IMG/VR virus record: IMGVR_UViG_3300023115_000018
Location: 1 to 64,000 of that record
DNA: 64,000 bases
Origin: a virus
Lineage: Duplodnaviria; Caudoviricetes
Strand: one strand, 5' to 3'
A program made the translations under genes and the position numbers. The notes beneath the pieces are model-generated. The model was not told the origin of the DNA and searched no databases. It saw only the letters and a program-made list of their open reading frames with translations. Positions 16,491 through 27,900 of this stretch are shown in pieces; within the stretch, counting starts at the first letter, position 1, and each line of letters starts with the position of its first letter.

Positions 16491-19400
16491 ATGGATAGAA
16501 CTAATTTACAAAATATTGCATCTAGGATAAGAGAACAACTTCCTACTTATTTAAACAGTAGTGAATATGATAACTTTGTTCGTTTTTTAGAACTGTATTA
16601 TGAATGGTTGGCACTAGATGACAATGTTAGTAATGTCACTGGAAAAATTACTTCACTTACAGACTTAGACGAAACTTTTGATGTTTTTGTTCAAGAGTTT
16701 AAGTCTGAACTTGCTGGCGCATGGCCAACCATTACCAAGATTAAAACAAATACTCAAATTGCAACTGAAATTTTGCAAGAAGCAAACAATGGCGAAAATG
16801 CAGAAACATCTATAGATACTACTGCTGACCAAGAATTTTTTACTGACGGCGTTTCTGCAAAATATGTAATGGATTATTTTAATCCCTTTTATTATTTCTC
16901 AGATCAAGATGTAGACACAAAAGTTACTAAGATACGAGTCTTTATAAATGATGTCAATTTTGCTGGAAGAGTTGGGGAATCTTTAAGTGAGGTTGTGGAA
17001 AATTTAACACCCCCAAATGATGATCCAACTGGAAGTACTGGTGATTGGGTCGAGTTAATTGAAGGGATTGACTATAGACTTTTAGAAAATTCTATTATTT
17101 TTCAAGACGAAAATAACGATCCGATTGTCCACGATAATCGTGATATTATAAAAATAAGATTTTATTTGAGAACTTTTGTAAGTCCTATTGCAGACGCAGA
17201 TACTGAATCTGCAATCCAAAAATTAGTAGAAGAAAGTGGAAAAGAAAAAACCAGATATACTAATGAAAGAAACTTTTTAAAGTTAATTAATAAGTTCTAT
17301 AAACAAAAGGGCAGCGAAAGTTCCTATAAATTTTTGTTTAGGGCGCTGTTTAATGAAGATATAGAAATATATTACCCAAAAGAAAACTTGTTAAAACCAA
17401 GTTCTAATACTTGGCAAACACTAACAAGTCTTAGGACTGTTCCGTATGAAGGCCCAGTTAAGATCAATCAACCACTGTTCATTGAAGGTGCGTCTAGTGG
17501 TGCCTCAGCAAATATTGAATATTTCAATGATTATACTTTAGGTGATTATAAAGTTCGTGAATATGTAATTAGTTCTATCAATGGTGAGTTTTCTAGTAAA
17601 GAAACTGTAAAAATAAAACAAATAGATTCGTCCATTTATGAAGAAAGTTTATATGAGTGTGTTGTAGGATTTGAAATAGAAAATCCTGGCGAAGATATGC
17701 CAAGAAATTTGACATTACAAAATAATTTATCTTCGAATGGGAGTGGTTATGGTTTTGCTGCAAAAATTGCACACACTTCTTACGGCCCAGTTGAAAATAT
17801 CAAAATTGTTAATAATGGAGATCAGTATATTACTGGGGAAACAATTGAGTTTCAAAATGGTAATACATTAGGTTCATACGCTATTGGACAAATTAGTTCT
17901 ATTCAATCTGTTAAAAATAATTTTAGTGTTTCGTTTTTTCAAAATCCAGAAAGTTTAGAATATCCAGTCATGTCATTTGATATTGGACTGTCTGGTTATG
18001 ATTTTGGCCCAAGAGCTCAGAATCCAACAGTTACAATAGAGAATATAGATTATCTCTATGATGATGTTTTTTATCTATATGACTATGAAGACATTTATAA
18101 TAGAAAAATCACACATCAGGCCCAAACATTTTTTGCCGCTGTCAAAGATTATAAAACTGGGGAGTTGAGTTCGACTTATAGAAGTTCTATAACTCCAGTC
18201 GAAGATCCACCATTCATAATTACAAATTTAAACGAGGGCGACCCCACAGAATATAGATTAAGAACAGACTTGGAGTTTCAAGTTACATCTGTAAATGAAT
18301 TTGGTGGTATTACTGGAGTTTCAATCACAAATAACTTAGCAAGTCCAACCAATGTTTTCCCACAAGTCGCAGATGTGAGAAATCAAATCGCAACTTACCA
18401 TCAGGGAAGGGGTGTTGGTGCGTTATTTGATGTTACATATCTTGATAATGTAATAACTTCTGTCACTTTAGGAAGTCAAGATAATTCTAAACATTATGTT
18501 CCTGGCGATTTTATTAAAATTGACGGTGAACAATTTTATAATGGTGTATCTGGTGTTCACGATATCTTTATAAAAGTATTAACAGTCACAGGTGGCGCAG
18601 CCTACTTAAATCTAGACGCATCTTCATACACTACAACCTCTAGAATTGGTTCTGGTGCCGTGTGGGATATTGATACAGACGAACCAACTTATCCGCAAAA
18701 TCTTTCTGTTCTTTTGAGTGATGCAAATGGTCAAGGAATTTTATCACCAACCACGAATTATATTGTCGGTGATAAATTTACAATTTTGGGTTCTGTTGTA
18801 GGTGGTACTGACGGAGAGAATGACATAACAATTACCGTTACACAAGTCAACGATGAAGGACGAATTGAAGATTTTGAAGTTTTTGCTAATCCAATAGGTG
18901 GACATATATCAACATTTGAAGTTTTAAATCCAACAACTCCGATGCCAGATGGATATTCATATTACTACGCACCACAATATACCGCTTCTACTCAAAATGG
19001 CGGAACTTCTGGTACTGGTGCAATATTTAATTTTATTAGAAGAGATGGAACAACATATTATGTAACAAATCCTGCATCAAGATTTAATGGAATTAACTAT
19101 TCTGTTGGCGATTCAATTACAATACTTGGTAGTGAATTGGGAGGTGTTGATGGAATCAACGATCTAGTTTTTGATGTAATTAAGATTGACGATAATGGTG
19201 GCATATTACAGATTGGAAATATTACTGGTACGGCGATTAATTCATCACCAGAAAATCTAAACAAAAATGAAAATCTAGTTAGTGTTATGACCAATGGTTA
19301 TGGTGCAACTTTTGACATTAACATCAATAATGGTGTGTATACTGTTACACCAAATCAACCAGGCGCTAATTATCTTGAAGGACAAAATTTTAAGATTAAA

Positions 19401-22400
19401 GGTTATAAGTTAGCGCACCAATACTTAAAAGAAGGATTTAAGGCGGGACTTGCAAAAGTTGGAGATCACGCATTATACACAGATTATGGATGGTTGAGAA
19501 GTGATAACATCGATCTAAAATTTGATACTGAATTAACTAATAAAGAACTGACAATAGATTTTTGGTATTTTAGAAAATCTATTTCTATTACAGATATAGA
19601 TTCGCCTGGCGGCGTCATCTTTGCAATCAATAGTGAAGATGGTGGAACTCAGCATTTAACTCTTTGGCAAAATTATGATGGTACTATTGATTTAATCGAT
19701 TCTTCTGGTAATACGCTTGGCGCAAGGTCAGTACCATTTGGAGAATGGAACCACATTGCAGTTTATTTTTCTAACAACGGAACTTCTATCTATTTGAACG
19801 GACAGTTAGAAAACACGATTCCTGGCGTCAATATGTTAAATTATAGTACAAACTCAAATTTCTATATTGGCGCAAGACAAATTGTAGATGGAAATTCTTT
19901 AGTAATTATGAATGATTATACTCTAGGTTTCTTTGGTGCATTTAGAATGACCAAAGGAGAAAGATATATTGCTAGTTACGAATCCAATATTAATTTAGAA
20001 GGAGATCCAGCAGCAGTCGAGGCTGCATTTGATGATTGGTACAGATTTTCACATTCTGGTGCATCATCATACCAAGCAACCCCCAGTGACTTGTCTGCAT
20101 GGATTTATAACTCTAGTACAAATAGTATCGAATGTACTGCAAATACATCTAGTTTTACTGGTTTTATCGGCCCAACTCCTGCAACAAACTTAGAATTTGA
20201 ATCTGTTTTGTCAAGTACTTCAAGTGACGATGATACACTTGCACTTATTATTGGATTTGTGACTAATGGACTTCAGCCGACAGACGCTGGATATAAAGAA
20301 TATACTTTGAGTGCAGTCAGAAATATGGGTGGAACTAATCCTTCAGTCGGTTGGGGATTAGTATATAATTATCTACAAGATGATCAGATTATTCTTGAAA
20401 CTTCAAATGTACCATTTATTTCTGGTGGATGGAGTGCAAATGGTGCCACAAAAGTAAAAGTAATAAAAAATGGTGCAAATGTATATGCAACTACTTCTCA
20501 AAATGGGTCAACTTCTTTAGATTCCTCAACTACACTTTATGTCGATTTAAGTACAAATCCAGTCTTAAATAAATTTGAAGGTGCAATCCAGTGGGGATTT
20601 GGCGCACATAGTCAAGATGCTGCAAACTTTTCATTGTTAGATGCATCGGGGTCATCTACTGGTGTTACAATAGAAGACAAAGGAACACAGAATCCTGTTT
20701 CTGGTAATGGAATAAGTCCAGAACATGTCAATCCTGTTCCCTTTAGACAAGATATTAGACAATCATCCAGATATTTGGAACGAGTTGATGCCGTTGGTGG
20801 AGAAACAGTTGTTGAATTATTCTATGATGCTAATGCTGCGGTGAACATATTCAAAGTTACAGATAGTATTATCGCCCCAGAAAACATTCCAGATTCGTTT
20901 CCAACAAATCCTATAGATCGGTTGATTTGGGAGTGGGCAGACAATTATTATATCTGGATTGATGGTTTGTGGAAAAATTATGTCGAAGTTGACCCATCTG
21001 AGTATAATGCAACAACTGGTACTGCGATAACCTTTACTAGTCCGTTGGGCGCCGGTGATATTATATTGATTAGATATTATGGTGCATTATCAGACAGACT
21101 TGAATATGTTATATTCAATAGTGAATCTTTGGTAGAGCCAAATAAAATAAGATTGAGAAAGTGGGTAGATAATCCTCAAACTCTTGATGACACTATGGCG
21201 CAATATCAATTGCCTGACGCCCATACACTGACTGTTGAATGGGAAGAAATTCCAAAGTCTGGTATTGAGACTACTAGACTTATTACAGGTGGTGAGGGTT
21301 ATATTAGATATCCATATGGAAATGTGGCAAGAGAAACTTTGTCATACACTTCTACTGGTAAAAATGGAGTTTTGCGAGGACTTGGAAAAGATATTGGTAA
21401 AATTAATAGACTAGAAATATATTCAAATCCATTTAGAGAAGATTTTGATGGATTTGGAGTTGGATATGACACACCACCAGAAATTGATTTGAGTAGTTAT
21501 GGTAACGGCCAAGCGTCTATTAAAGTATTAACTGGGCCTCTATGTGTTCGTGAAGGTGTTTATGTCAATCAACAAGGATTTATTTCAGATGATAATCGTA
21601 TTCATGATGGATATCTATGGCAGGATTACTCTTATGTTGTAAAAGTAAACAGATATATTGATGAGTGGAGAAGAATCGTTAAGAAGATTATTCACCCCGC
21701 TGGATTGATGATGTTTGGAGAATTTACTACTCTAACTAAGGCTTCTGTAAGAAAAGGACTTGGAGTTGCATATCGTGAACTCATGTTTGAAATTATTAAA
21801 AATGTTAATTTGAGAATGCGAAATATGGATGGTAGTGGGAGTTGGACATATTCTACTGCACAACAAACTGACATCAATGATTTAAATTCTCATGGTTATT
21901 ATTTTGTATATGATAATCGTCAACTTAGTATTGACAGTGAAATTGATGGCCTTTATCAGGGCGTAGGAACTGGAGAAATATCTGATGATACAGTTGGTGC
22001 AGCAACATTAGATAGTGGGTCTGGTAGATATGCATTATTAGATGAAAATGGAAATAATGCTTTGCGTTGGTCAGATGTAAAGAAAATTGCAATCAACTAC
22101 AAAGATGCGTATGGAAAAGATTATGGGCACTATTGGTCATCTAAAATACTTGGTAACACATTTACAATATATGATACATCTGATGAGAGTATGACTAATG
22201 ATGAATGGATAAATGTAAGACCTTGGGCAAAGTATGTTGTAGAGAGTGTGGAACTAGACCCTGATTATCTTGACAGAATTGCAGTTTTTGATGTGAAGAT
22301 TATTCAGTCTTATAGAGAACTTCCTTCTACCGCTCCTCAAAATAGAGTCGAGTTTAGATGGGACAATATTTGGCGTGGAAATGTAAACAGACAACCAAAC

Positions 22401-23156
22401 TATTGGGTTGGTGCTATTGCAGATGGTGCAAATCCAAGAGATGAAAAAATGGTGATAAATATAACAGGTAAGTATATGTTCTATAAAAACTATACTGGCG
22501 ACCTGCCTACATTGCACACCACATACAGGTCACTAGAAAGGTTTAAGTTTTACTTTACTTCCAGATTCCCTTGGGAAAGGTTGAGACCATTACTATTTAG
22601 TCCTCAGAGAGAAATGGATAATTCTCCATATCTGATAAAACGACCAATTGTAAATGGAAATGGATTGACTCATATTCCTGCAAAGGCAGAAGGCCTTGGG
22701 ATTTGGTATCACTTACCAGTGGATGCAACAGATAATGATTGGATTGCAAATACAGACGGAACAGATCATAATTGGAGAAATACTGTAATTGAAGACATTG
22801 TAAAACTTGCGGATAACAAATATCGTGCAGTTTTAGATTCGTTTATTAATATTTCGCCTGTATTTTTAATAATGAGTGAAGAAGAACCAGATATCCCAAC
22901 TAGAAAAAGACTGGGCCCTACAAATTTAACAATTGAGAGAATAAAATTTAATGATAGATTACAGTCAGGACTTGATTATAACGTAGATAGAATTGACTAT
23001 GACGAAAATTTATTAGACTTGAATACTTTTATAAAGTATCAGGCAGAACATATTCACGATAAGTCAAATGTCGCACCAGAATCGTCTATTGTACTGTATA
23101 ATACGAATCCAACAACAATTGAAGAATTAAATGAACAGATTGTTCTGAAAGACTAA
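16491..23156 (+). CDS. gp7: Giant baseplate wedge initiator, gp7-like, with repeat, LamG and lectin-like inserts
   Basis: FVRFLELYYEWL, FYKQKGSESSYKFLFRALFNED, WQDYSYVVK..WRRIVKKIIHPAG.MMFGE motifs; between gp6 and gp8. Confidence 0.82.
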   Translation: MDRTNLQNIASRIREQLPTYLNSSEYDNFVRFLELYYEWLALDDNVSNVTGKITSLTDLDETFDVFVQEFKSELAGAWPTITKIKTNTQIATEILQEANNGENAETSIDTTADQEFFTDGVSAKYVMDYFNPFYYFSDQDVDTKVTKIRVFINDVNFAGRVGESLSEVVENLTPPNDDPTGSTGDWVELIEGIDYRLLENSIIFQDENNDPIVHDNRDIIKIRFYLRTFVSPIADADTESAIQKLVEESGKEKTRYTNERNFLKLINKFYKQKGSESSYKFLFRALFNEDIEIYYPKENLLKPSSNTWQTLTSLRTVPYEGPVKINQPLFIEGASSGASANIEYFNDYTLGDYKVREYVISSINGEFSSKETVKIKQIDSSIYEESLYECVVGFEIENPGEDMPRNLTLQNNLSSNGSGYGFAAKIAHTSYGPVENIKIVNNGDQYITGETIEFQNGNTLGSYAIGQISSIQSVKNNFSVSFFQNPESLEYPVMSFDIGLSGYDFGPRAQNPTVTIENIDYLYDDVFYLYDYEDIYNRKITHQAQTFFAAVKDYKTGELSSTYRSSITPVEDPPFIITNLNEGDPTEYRLRTDLEFQVTSVNEFGGITGVSITNNLASPTNVFPQVADVRNQIATYHQGRGVGALFDVTYLDNVITSVTLGSQDNSKHYVPGDFIKIDGEQFYNGVSGVHDIFIKVLTVTGGAAYLNLDASSYTTTSRIGSGAVWDIDTDEPTYPQNLSVLLSDANGQGILSPTTNYIVGDKFTILGSVVGGTDGENDITITVTQVNDEGRIEDFEVFANPIGGHISTFEVLNPTTPMPDGYSYYYAPQYTASTQNGGTSGTGAIFNFIRRDGTTYYVTNPASRFNGINYSVGDSITILGSELGGVDGINDLVFDVIKIDDNGGILQIGNITGTAINSSPENLNKNENLVSVMTNGYGATFDININNGVYTVTPNQPGANYLEGQNFKIKGYKLAHQYLKEGFKAGLAKVGDHALYTDYGWLRSDNIDLKFDTELTNKELTIDFWYFRKSISITDIDSPGGVIFAINSEDGGTQHLTLWQNYDGTIDLIDSSGNTLGARSVPFGEWNHIAVYFSNNGTSIYLNGQLENTIPGVNMLNYSTNSNFYIGARQIVDGNSLVIMNDYTLGFFGAFRMTKGERYIASYESNINLEGDPAAVEAAFDDWYRFSHSGASSYQATPSDLSAWIYNSSTNSIECTANTSSFTGFIGPTPATNLEFESVLSSTSSDDDTLALIIGFVTNGLQPTDAGYKEYTLSAVRNMGGTNPSVGWGLVYNYLQDDQIILETSNVPFISGGWSANGATKVKVIKNGANVYATTSQNGSTSLDSSTTLYVDLSTNPVLNKFEGAIQWGFGAHSQDAANFSLLDASGSSTGVTIEDKGTQNPVSGNGISPEHVNPVPFRQDIRQSSRYLERVDAVGGETVVELFYDANAAVNIFKVTDSIIAPENIPDSFPTNPIDRLIWEWADNYYIWIDGLWKNYVEVDPSEYNATTGTAITFTSPLGAGDIILIRYYGALSDRLEYVIFNSESLVEPNKIRLRKWVDNPQTLDDTMAQYQLPDAHTLTVEWEEIPKSGIETTRLITGGEGYIRYPYGNVARETLSYTSTGKNGVLRGLGKDIGKINRLEIYSNPFREDFDGFGVGYDTPPEIDLSSYGNGQASIKVLTGPLCVREGVYVNQQGFISDDNRIHDGYLWQDYSYVVKVNRYIDEWRRIVKKIIHPAGLMMFGEFTTLTKASVRKGLGVAYRELMFEIIKNVNLRMRNMDGSGSWTYSTAQQTDINDLNSHGYYFVYDNRQLSIDSEIDGLYQGVGTGEISDDTVGAATLDSGSGRYALLDENGNNALRWSDVKKIAINYKDAYGKDYGHYWSSKILGNTFTIYDTSDESMTNDEWINVRPWAKYVVESVELDPDYLDRIAVFDVKIIQSYRELPSTAPQNRVEFRWDNIWRGNVNRQPNYWVGAIADGANPRDEKMVINITGKYMFYKNYTGDLPTLHTTYRSLERFKFYFTSRFPWERLRPLLFSPQREMDNSPYLIKRPIVNGNGLTHIPAKAEGLGIWYHLPVDATDNDWIANTDGTDHNWRNTVIEDIVKLADNKYRAVLDSFINISPVFLIMSEEEPDIPTRKRLGPTNLTIERIKFNDRLQSGLDYNVDRIDYDENLLDLNTFIKYQAEHIHDKSNVAPESSIVLYNTNPTTIEELNEQIVLKD

Positions 23157-23165
23157 AAAATAAAT

Positions 23166-23173
23166 TATAAATA
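23166..23173 (+). promoter_or_regulatory. T4-type late promoter
   Basis: Exact TATAAATA upstream of gp8. Confidence 0.8.
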
Positions 23174-23206
23174 GTATAAAATTCATGACACTAAAAAGGT
23201 AAAAAA

Positions 23207-24901
23207 ATGGCAGCGATTATTACAAACAAATTAAGAATTTTCAATGCAATGGAATTCTTACAATCAATTAACAGATCCGCACCTAATTGGAAACCTAACT
23301 ATACCTATGCAGAAGGTGATGTTGTGGTTAACAACCAGAACTCATTTATTGCACTAGGAAATATTAGTGGCACTTCCACAAGTGGTGTTTCTGCTGGTGA
23401 TGGGGATGGTCCAACACCAGATACTCTCCAAGATGGTACTGTACAGTGGGCCCATCAAGGACAATCGGTTTACAATATGCTTTATATGGCAATCGGTAAA
23501 CAAACTCCTTGGTTAAATGATTCAAACCCACCAACACCAGAAGATTCTATTGGTTACTCGTATAGATTTAAATACGATACAATTGCACTTAAGAAAGTCA
23601 ACTACAGTGATATGACTCTTGCAATTCCAAGAATTAACTGGACTTCTGGAAGAGTGTACACTATGTACGAACATGACAATCCAGAAGAAATTATTCCAAA
23701 TGGATATGTAATTGTTGCATCTGGAAATCAATTTAACGTTTATAAGTGTATTAATAACCAAAAATATGATGCTGCTGCCCAAACGGTGACTACAGTTGCT
23801 TCAACAGTACAACCATCAACTACTGGAACTGAAATTGAAGAGACTGCAGATGGTTATAAGTGGAAGTTTATGTATGCAATCGACCTTCAAGATTCTCTTA
23901 AGTTCTTGACAAAAGATTATATTCCAGTTAAAAATCTTCTAGAAGATCCAGTTGCGCCTGGCACCGCTGCTCAGGTACAGTGGGATATCAAACAAGCCGC
24001 ATCTCAACCAAATCCTGGCCAGATTGAACATGTAAAAATTATGCCAAACGAAGAGGGTGGTGCAATTGGTGGAGGATTGGGTTATCATCCAAACATTCAA
24101 CGAACCGCTTCTGTTACACTAACTGGTAATGTTGTTACAATTTCTGGTGTCGATGGTGCGACAGATTATACTGGTTATGATTTAGTAGACCTTGGAAATC
24201 AGGAACAGTTTAGAATTACAAACTGGAGTCTTTCTGGTACAACTGCAACTGCAACTGTAAACGGTTCTTTTACTGGTGGTGCTGGTAGAGATATTCTTAT
24301 TGCGCCCGGCGTTAATATTTCTGGTAATGGTTCTTCTTTCAGTGCATATGGACTTGTCGTAGACCAAAGAATTGAAAAAATTGTTATCACCAGTACTGGT
24401 GCAAATTGGTCTGCTGTAGACAACGCAACTGTAGATGTTGATAATGTTCCAGCATACAATTTCGATGGGACGTTGAATGTTAATGCATGTAAAGTAAAAC
24501 CAATTGTTTCTCCAGAAACTGGACATGGATTTAATCCTGTAGAAGAGTTGGGTGGTTATTATGTAATGACTGCAATAAAACTTGAATATGACGAACAGTC
24601 TACAAGAGAAAATTCTTTGGGGAATTTAGAAACTAAGATTATGTTCCCTGTTGAAGATTCTGAAGCACAGTTTAGACAGATTGCTATTGTCGCTGACCCT
24701 GATGCACAGACTCAGGGCGGTTCTACTCCTGCAAACGAAGAGTCATACAGAGGTCCACAACACCCAGATTTTGGTTCTGCAGATGAAGAAACATTTGATA
24801 TCGTAACTGGTACAGGTAAAGTTCTTTACATCGAAAACCGCCAGCCCGTTTCTAGAGCCATCGATCAAATTGAAGATATTAAAGTAGTATTTGAATTCTA
24901 A
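23207..24901 (+). CDS. gp8: Baseplate wedge subunit, T4 gp8-like
   Basis: MAAIITNKLRI.NA, IPRINWTSG, VYKCINN, DGYKWKFMY, GHG.NPVEELGG, LYIENRQPVSRA.DQIEDIKVVFEF. Confidence 0.92.
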   Translation: MAAIITNKLRIFNAMEFLQSINRSAPNWKPNYTYAEGDVVVNNQNSFIALGNISGTSTSGVSAGDGDGPTPDTLQDGTVQWAHQGQSVYNMLYMAIGKQTPWLNDSNPPTPEDSIGYSYRFKYDTIALKKVNYSDMTLAIPRINWTSGRVYTMYEHDNPEEIIPNGYVIVASGNQFNVYKCINNQKYDAAAQTVTTVASTVQPSTTGTEIEETADGYKWKFMYAIDLQDSLKFLTKDYIPVKNLLEDPVAPGTAAQVQWDIKQAASQPNPGQIEHVKIMPNEEGGAIGGGLGYHPNIQRTASVTLTGNVVTISGVDGATDYTGYDLVDLGNQEQFRITNWSLSGTTATATVNGSFTGGAGRDILIAPGVNISGNGSSFSAYGLVVDQRIEKIVITSTGANWSAVDNATVDVDNVPAYNFDGTLNVNACKVKPIVSPETGHGFNPVEELGGYYVMTAIKLEYDEQSTRENSLGNLETKIMFPVEDSEAQFRQIAIVADPDAQTQGGSTPANEESYRGPQHPDFGSADEETFDIVTGTGKVLYIENRQPVSRAIDQIEDIKVVFEF

Positions 24902-24935
24902 TTAAAATAAAAAACCAGTTGAGAGAAGAAGACAC

Positions 24936-27900
24936 ATGGCAATAAATTTAAACGTCACTCCCTATCATGATGACTATGATATCGACAAAGGTTACTTGAG
25001 GGTATTATATAAGCCTGGAAATTCTGTGCAGGCGAGAGAATTAACACAACAACAAACAATTTTACAACAACAAATTGCAAATATGGGAGACCACTTCTTT
25101 AAAGAAGGTTCCATGGTTATCCCTGGCAGTTCTGCTGTTGATGTTGCTGTTCCTTATATTAAAGTAACTCTTGCGGAAGGACTTACCACCGCTGCAGAAT
25201 TTGTCGGTAAAGTAATTCAAGGTAATAAGACAGGGATCAGGGCGATTGTCATTTCTTATGCTGATGCTGTTGATTTAAATCAAGATGCACAGATTGATGA
25301 TAATGATGAACCAACAACACTGTTTGTAAAATATCTTGATGGTGTTGCTGGAGGACAAAGAGTAGTAGATGGTGTTACACTTGAAATTGATGATGAAAAT
25401 GGAATCGATTTTGTTGTTAATGGAAATACTGTAAATTTAAAAGAGGGTGATACTTCATCCTTCGTAGAGGGAGAGGTTCTAACTGCATCAAATGATGATG
25501 GTTTAAATTTAATCGCAACAGTTGCGCTTAGTTCCGACCATGCAGATCCTTTAGGTAAGGGTTCTCTTGCATTTGTTGAAGAGGGAATTTATTACACTCA
25601 GGGATTTATGGTTAAAAATCAATCACAAAGTGTAATTCTAGACAAATATGATGACACTCCTAGTTATAAAATTGGATTTGAAATACAAGAAACAGTTGTA
25701 AGTGCAAATGAAGACCCATCTCTTTTTGATAACGCACAGGGAACAACAAACTACAACGCTCCTGGCGCCGATAGATATCGAATCAATCTCGTATGGAGTA
25801 AAAGAACATTAGATACTCCAACAACAGATAACTTTATAGAAATTATTACCGTTCAAGATGGTATTATTAAAACACATGTAAGAAATACAGAATATTCAGT
25901 AATCACCGATGTACTTGCAAGAAGAACATATGATGAGTCTGGCGATTATACAGTTCGCCCGTTCAATTTAGACATTAGAGAGTATTTCAAAGAAAATGGA
26001 AATGGTGGTGTATACACCATGAAAAATTTTGAATTTGATACTGAAGTTGCTGCGAAAGATTTCGCACTAAAGAATTTTGCAGATGAAGATGGAATGGTAG
26101 ATCAGAATGGAAACGGACTTGCACATACAGTAAGTGCATTAGAACTTGTACAGTTTTCCGATCAAAATTTAGATTCGACTGGATTGAAATATTACCCAGG
26201 CTCAAGTCACCAATTTTTAGTTGATGCAGTAAGAAATTATCTTGCACTTGGTGTTGAGAGTGGAAAGGCCTATGTTAGGGGTTATGAAATTACCAAAACG
26301 GCGACTACATATATTCCTTATAAAAGGTCAAGAGAAAATTATCAAGTAAACAATCACTACATTCCTGTTGATTTAGGCCCATACATCTACATTACAGATG
26401 CAAAAGGACTTCCATTAATAGACGAAGAAGTTAAACTTATTAATGTAAACACTTCTTCGATAATTACTGAAGATTATGTCGTTGTAACATCAAATTTAGA
26501 CGATGCAGATACTGCATATTTCCAACCAGTAACATATGATGAAGATTTAACATTTTTTGCTGGTGGTGGGACTAACTTGGGTGCAAACGCATATGGTATT
26601 GATGTGATTGCAAAGGCAAAAGTTAAGGCAGTAGAATACTTTACAGATTCTGATGATGATGCGATAGACGATAACTATGGAACTTCTACTTTTAGACCTT
26701 CGAATACTTCTGTCGAAACTGGTATCTGGAAAGTTTTTCTGTATGATATTGAATATGAAATTAATCCCAGAACAAATGTACCTTATACTATGTTGGATGC
26801 AAGGTCTATTGTTTCAAACGAAGAAGTTGTTCCAACAACATTAGGTAGTTCAATTTATAGATTTGGTGCTAATGTGTTAACATTGATGTCATTGTCAGAT
26901 GTGCAAGGACAGTTTACACTAAAATCTCTCATCTATGATAGATATGATAGAGATGTAAGAGCAATTAACTATTATTATAACTCTGCAGATCAGTTCCTAC
27001 TGGTAAAGAATCTTAATTCTGGAAATGGATTGACTACAGAATCAGGAGTATTACCTAGTGCAACCTTCGTAACTAATGAGTTAATTAACGAGGCAATTGC
27101 CAGTGGTTCCTCTGGAACAGATACTACATCTTTTGATGGTAATGCGTCTGCTGATATGACAGGAACTCAGGCAAGAATCACTGGTAAATTTGTACTTTTA
27201 TCGGATGGTGGTGCAAGTATTATTGATACTGGTAAAAGATTTTTGCAAACTGTTAGATATGTCGATGATGAAAGTGGAAGAGAAACAGTAGATACTCAAT
27301 ACGATGTACTAAAAGTATTTGAAGATCAAACAGTTACTGCCAATGGACAGATTGTTCTAACCGCAACAGATGATAACTCATATTTCATTTCAACTCAAAG
27401 TTTATATTTGGCATTTGATAGAGCCGATTTAAATTCTTCTGTGGGTGAAATTGGTAGAATTTCAACTATTTCATTTTCTTCTGATAGAAGAACCGCCACT
27501 CTTAATGTCGCAAATTTGGCCGCAGGAACAACTGGTGTTACTGTATACGCACCAATCAAAAAGACTTCTTCCAGAGAAAAAATTAAAACTTTGAGAGAAA
27601 ATCAGTTACATTTGCCTTACACCTTAGTGGATGCAATTGGACAAACAATTGGACAAACTGACTATGATAATGTAAACGATGCAAATAACGATACATCTCT
27701 AAGTTATGATGTAGATTTATTAGGATCAAATTCTAGTGTTGCAACAGGAGTTGTGAATTCTTCAATTCCCACTGGCGCAAATAATGATCTTATTCTTAGT
27801 GTGTCTAATTTTCAATTACCACATTCAGATGTATATGAAATCAAAAAAATATATGACACTTGTAATGTAAACAATACTTCTTATAGAATTTCAATTGAAT

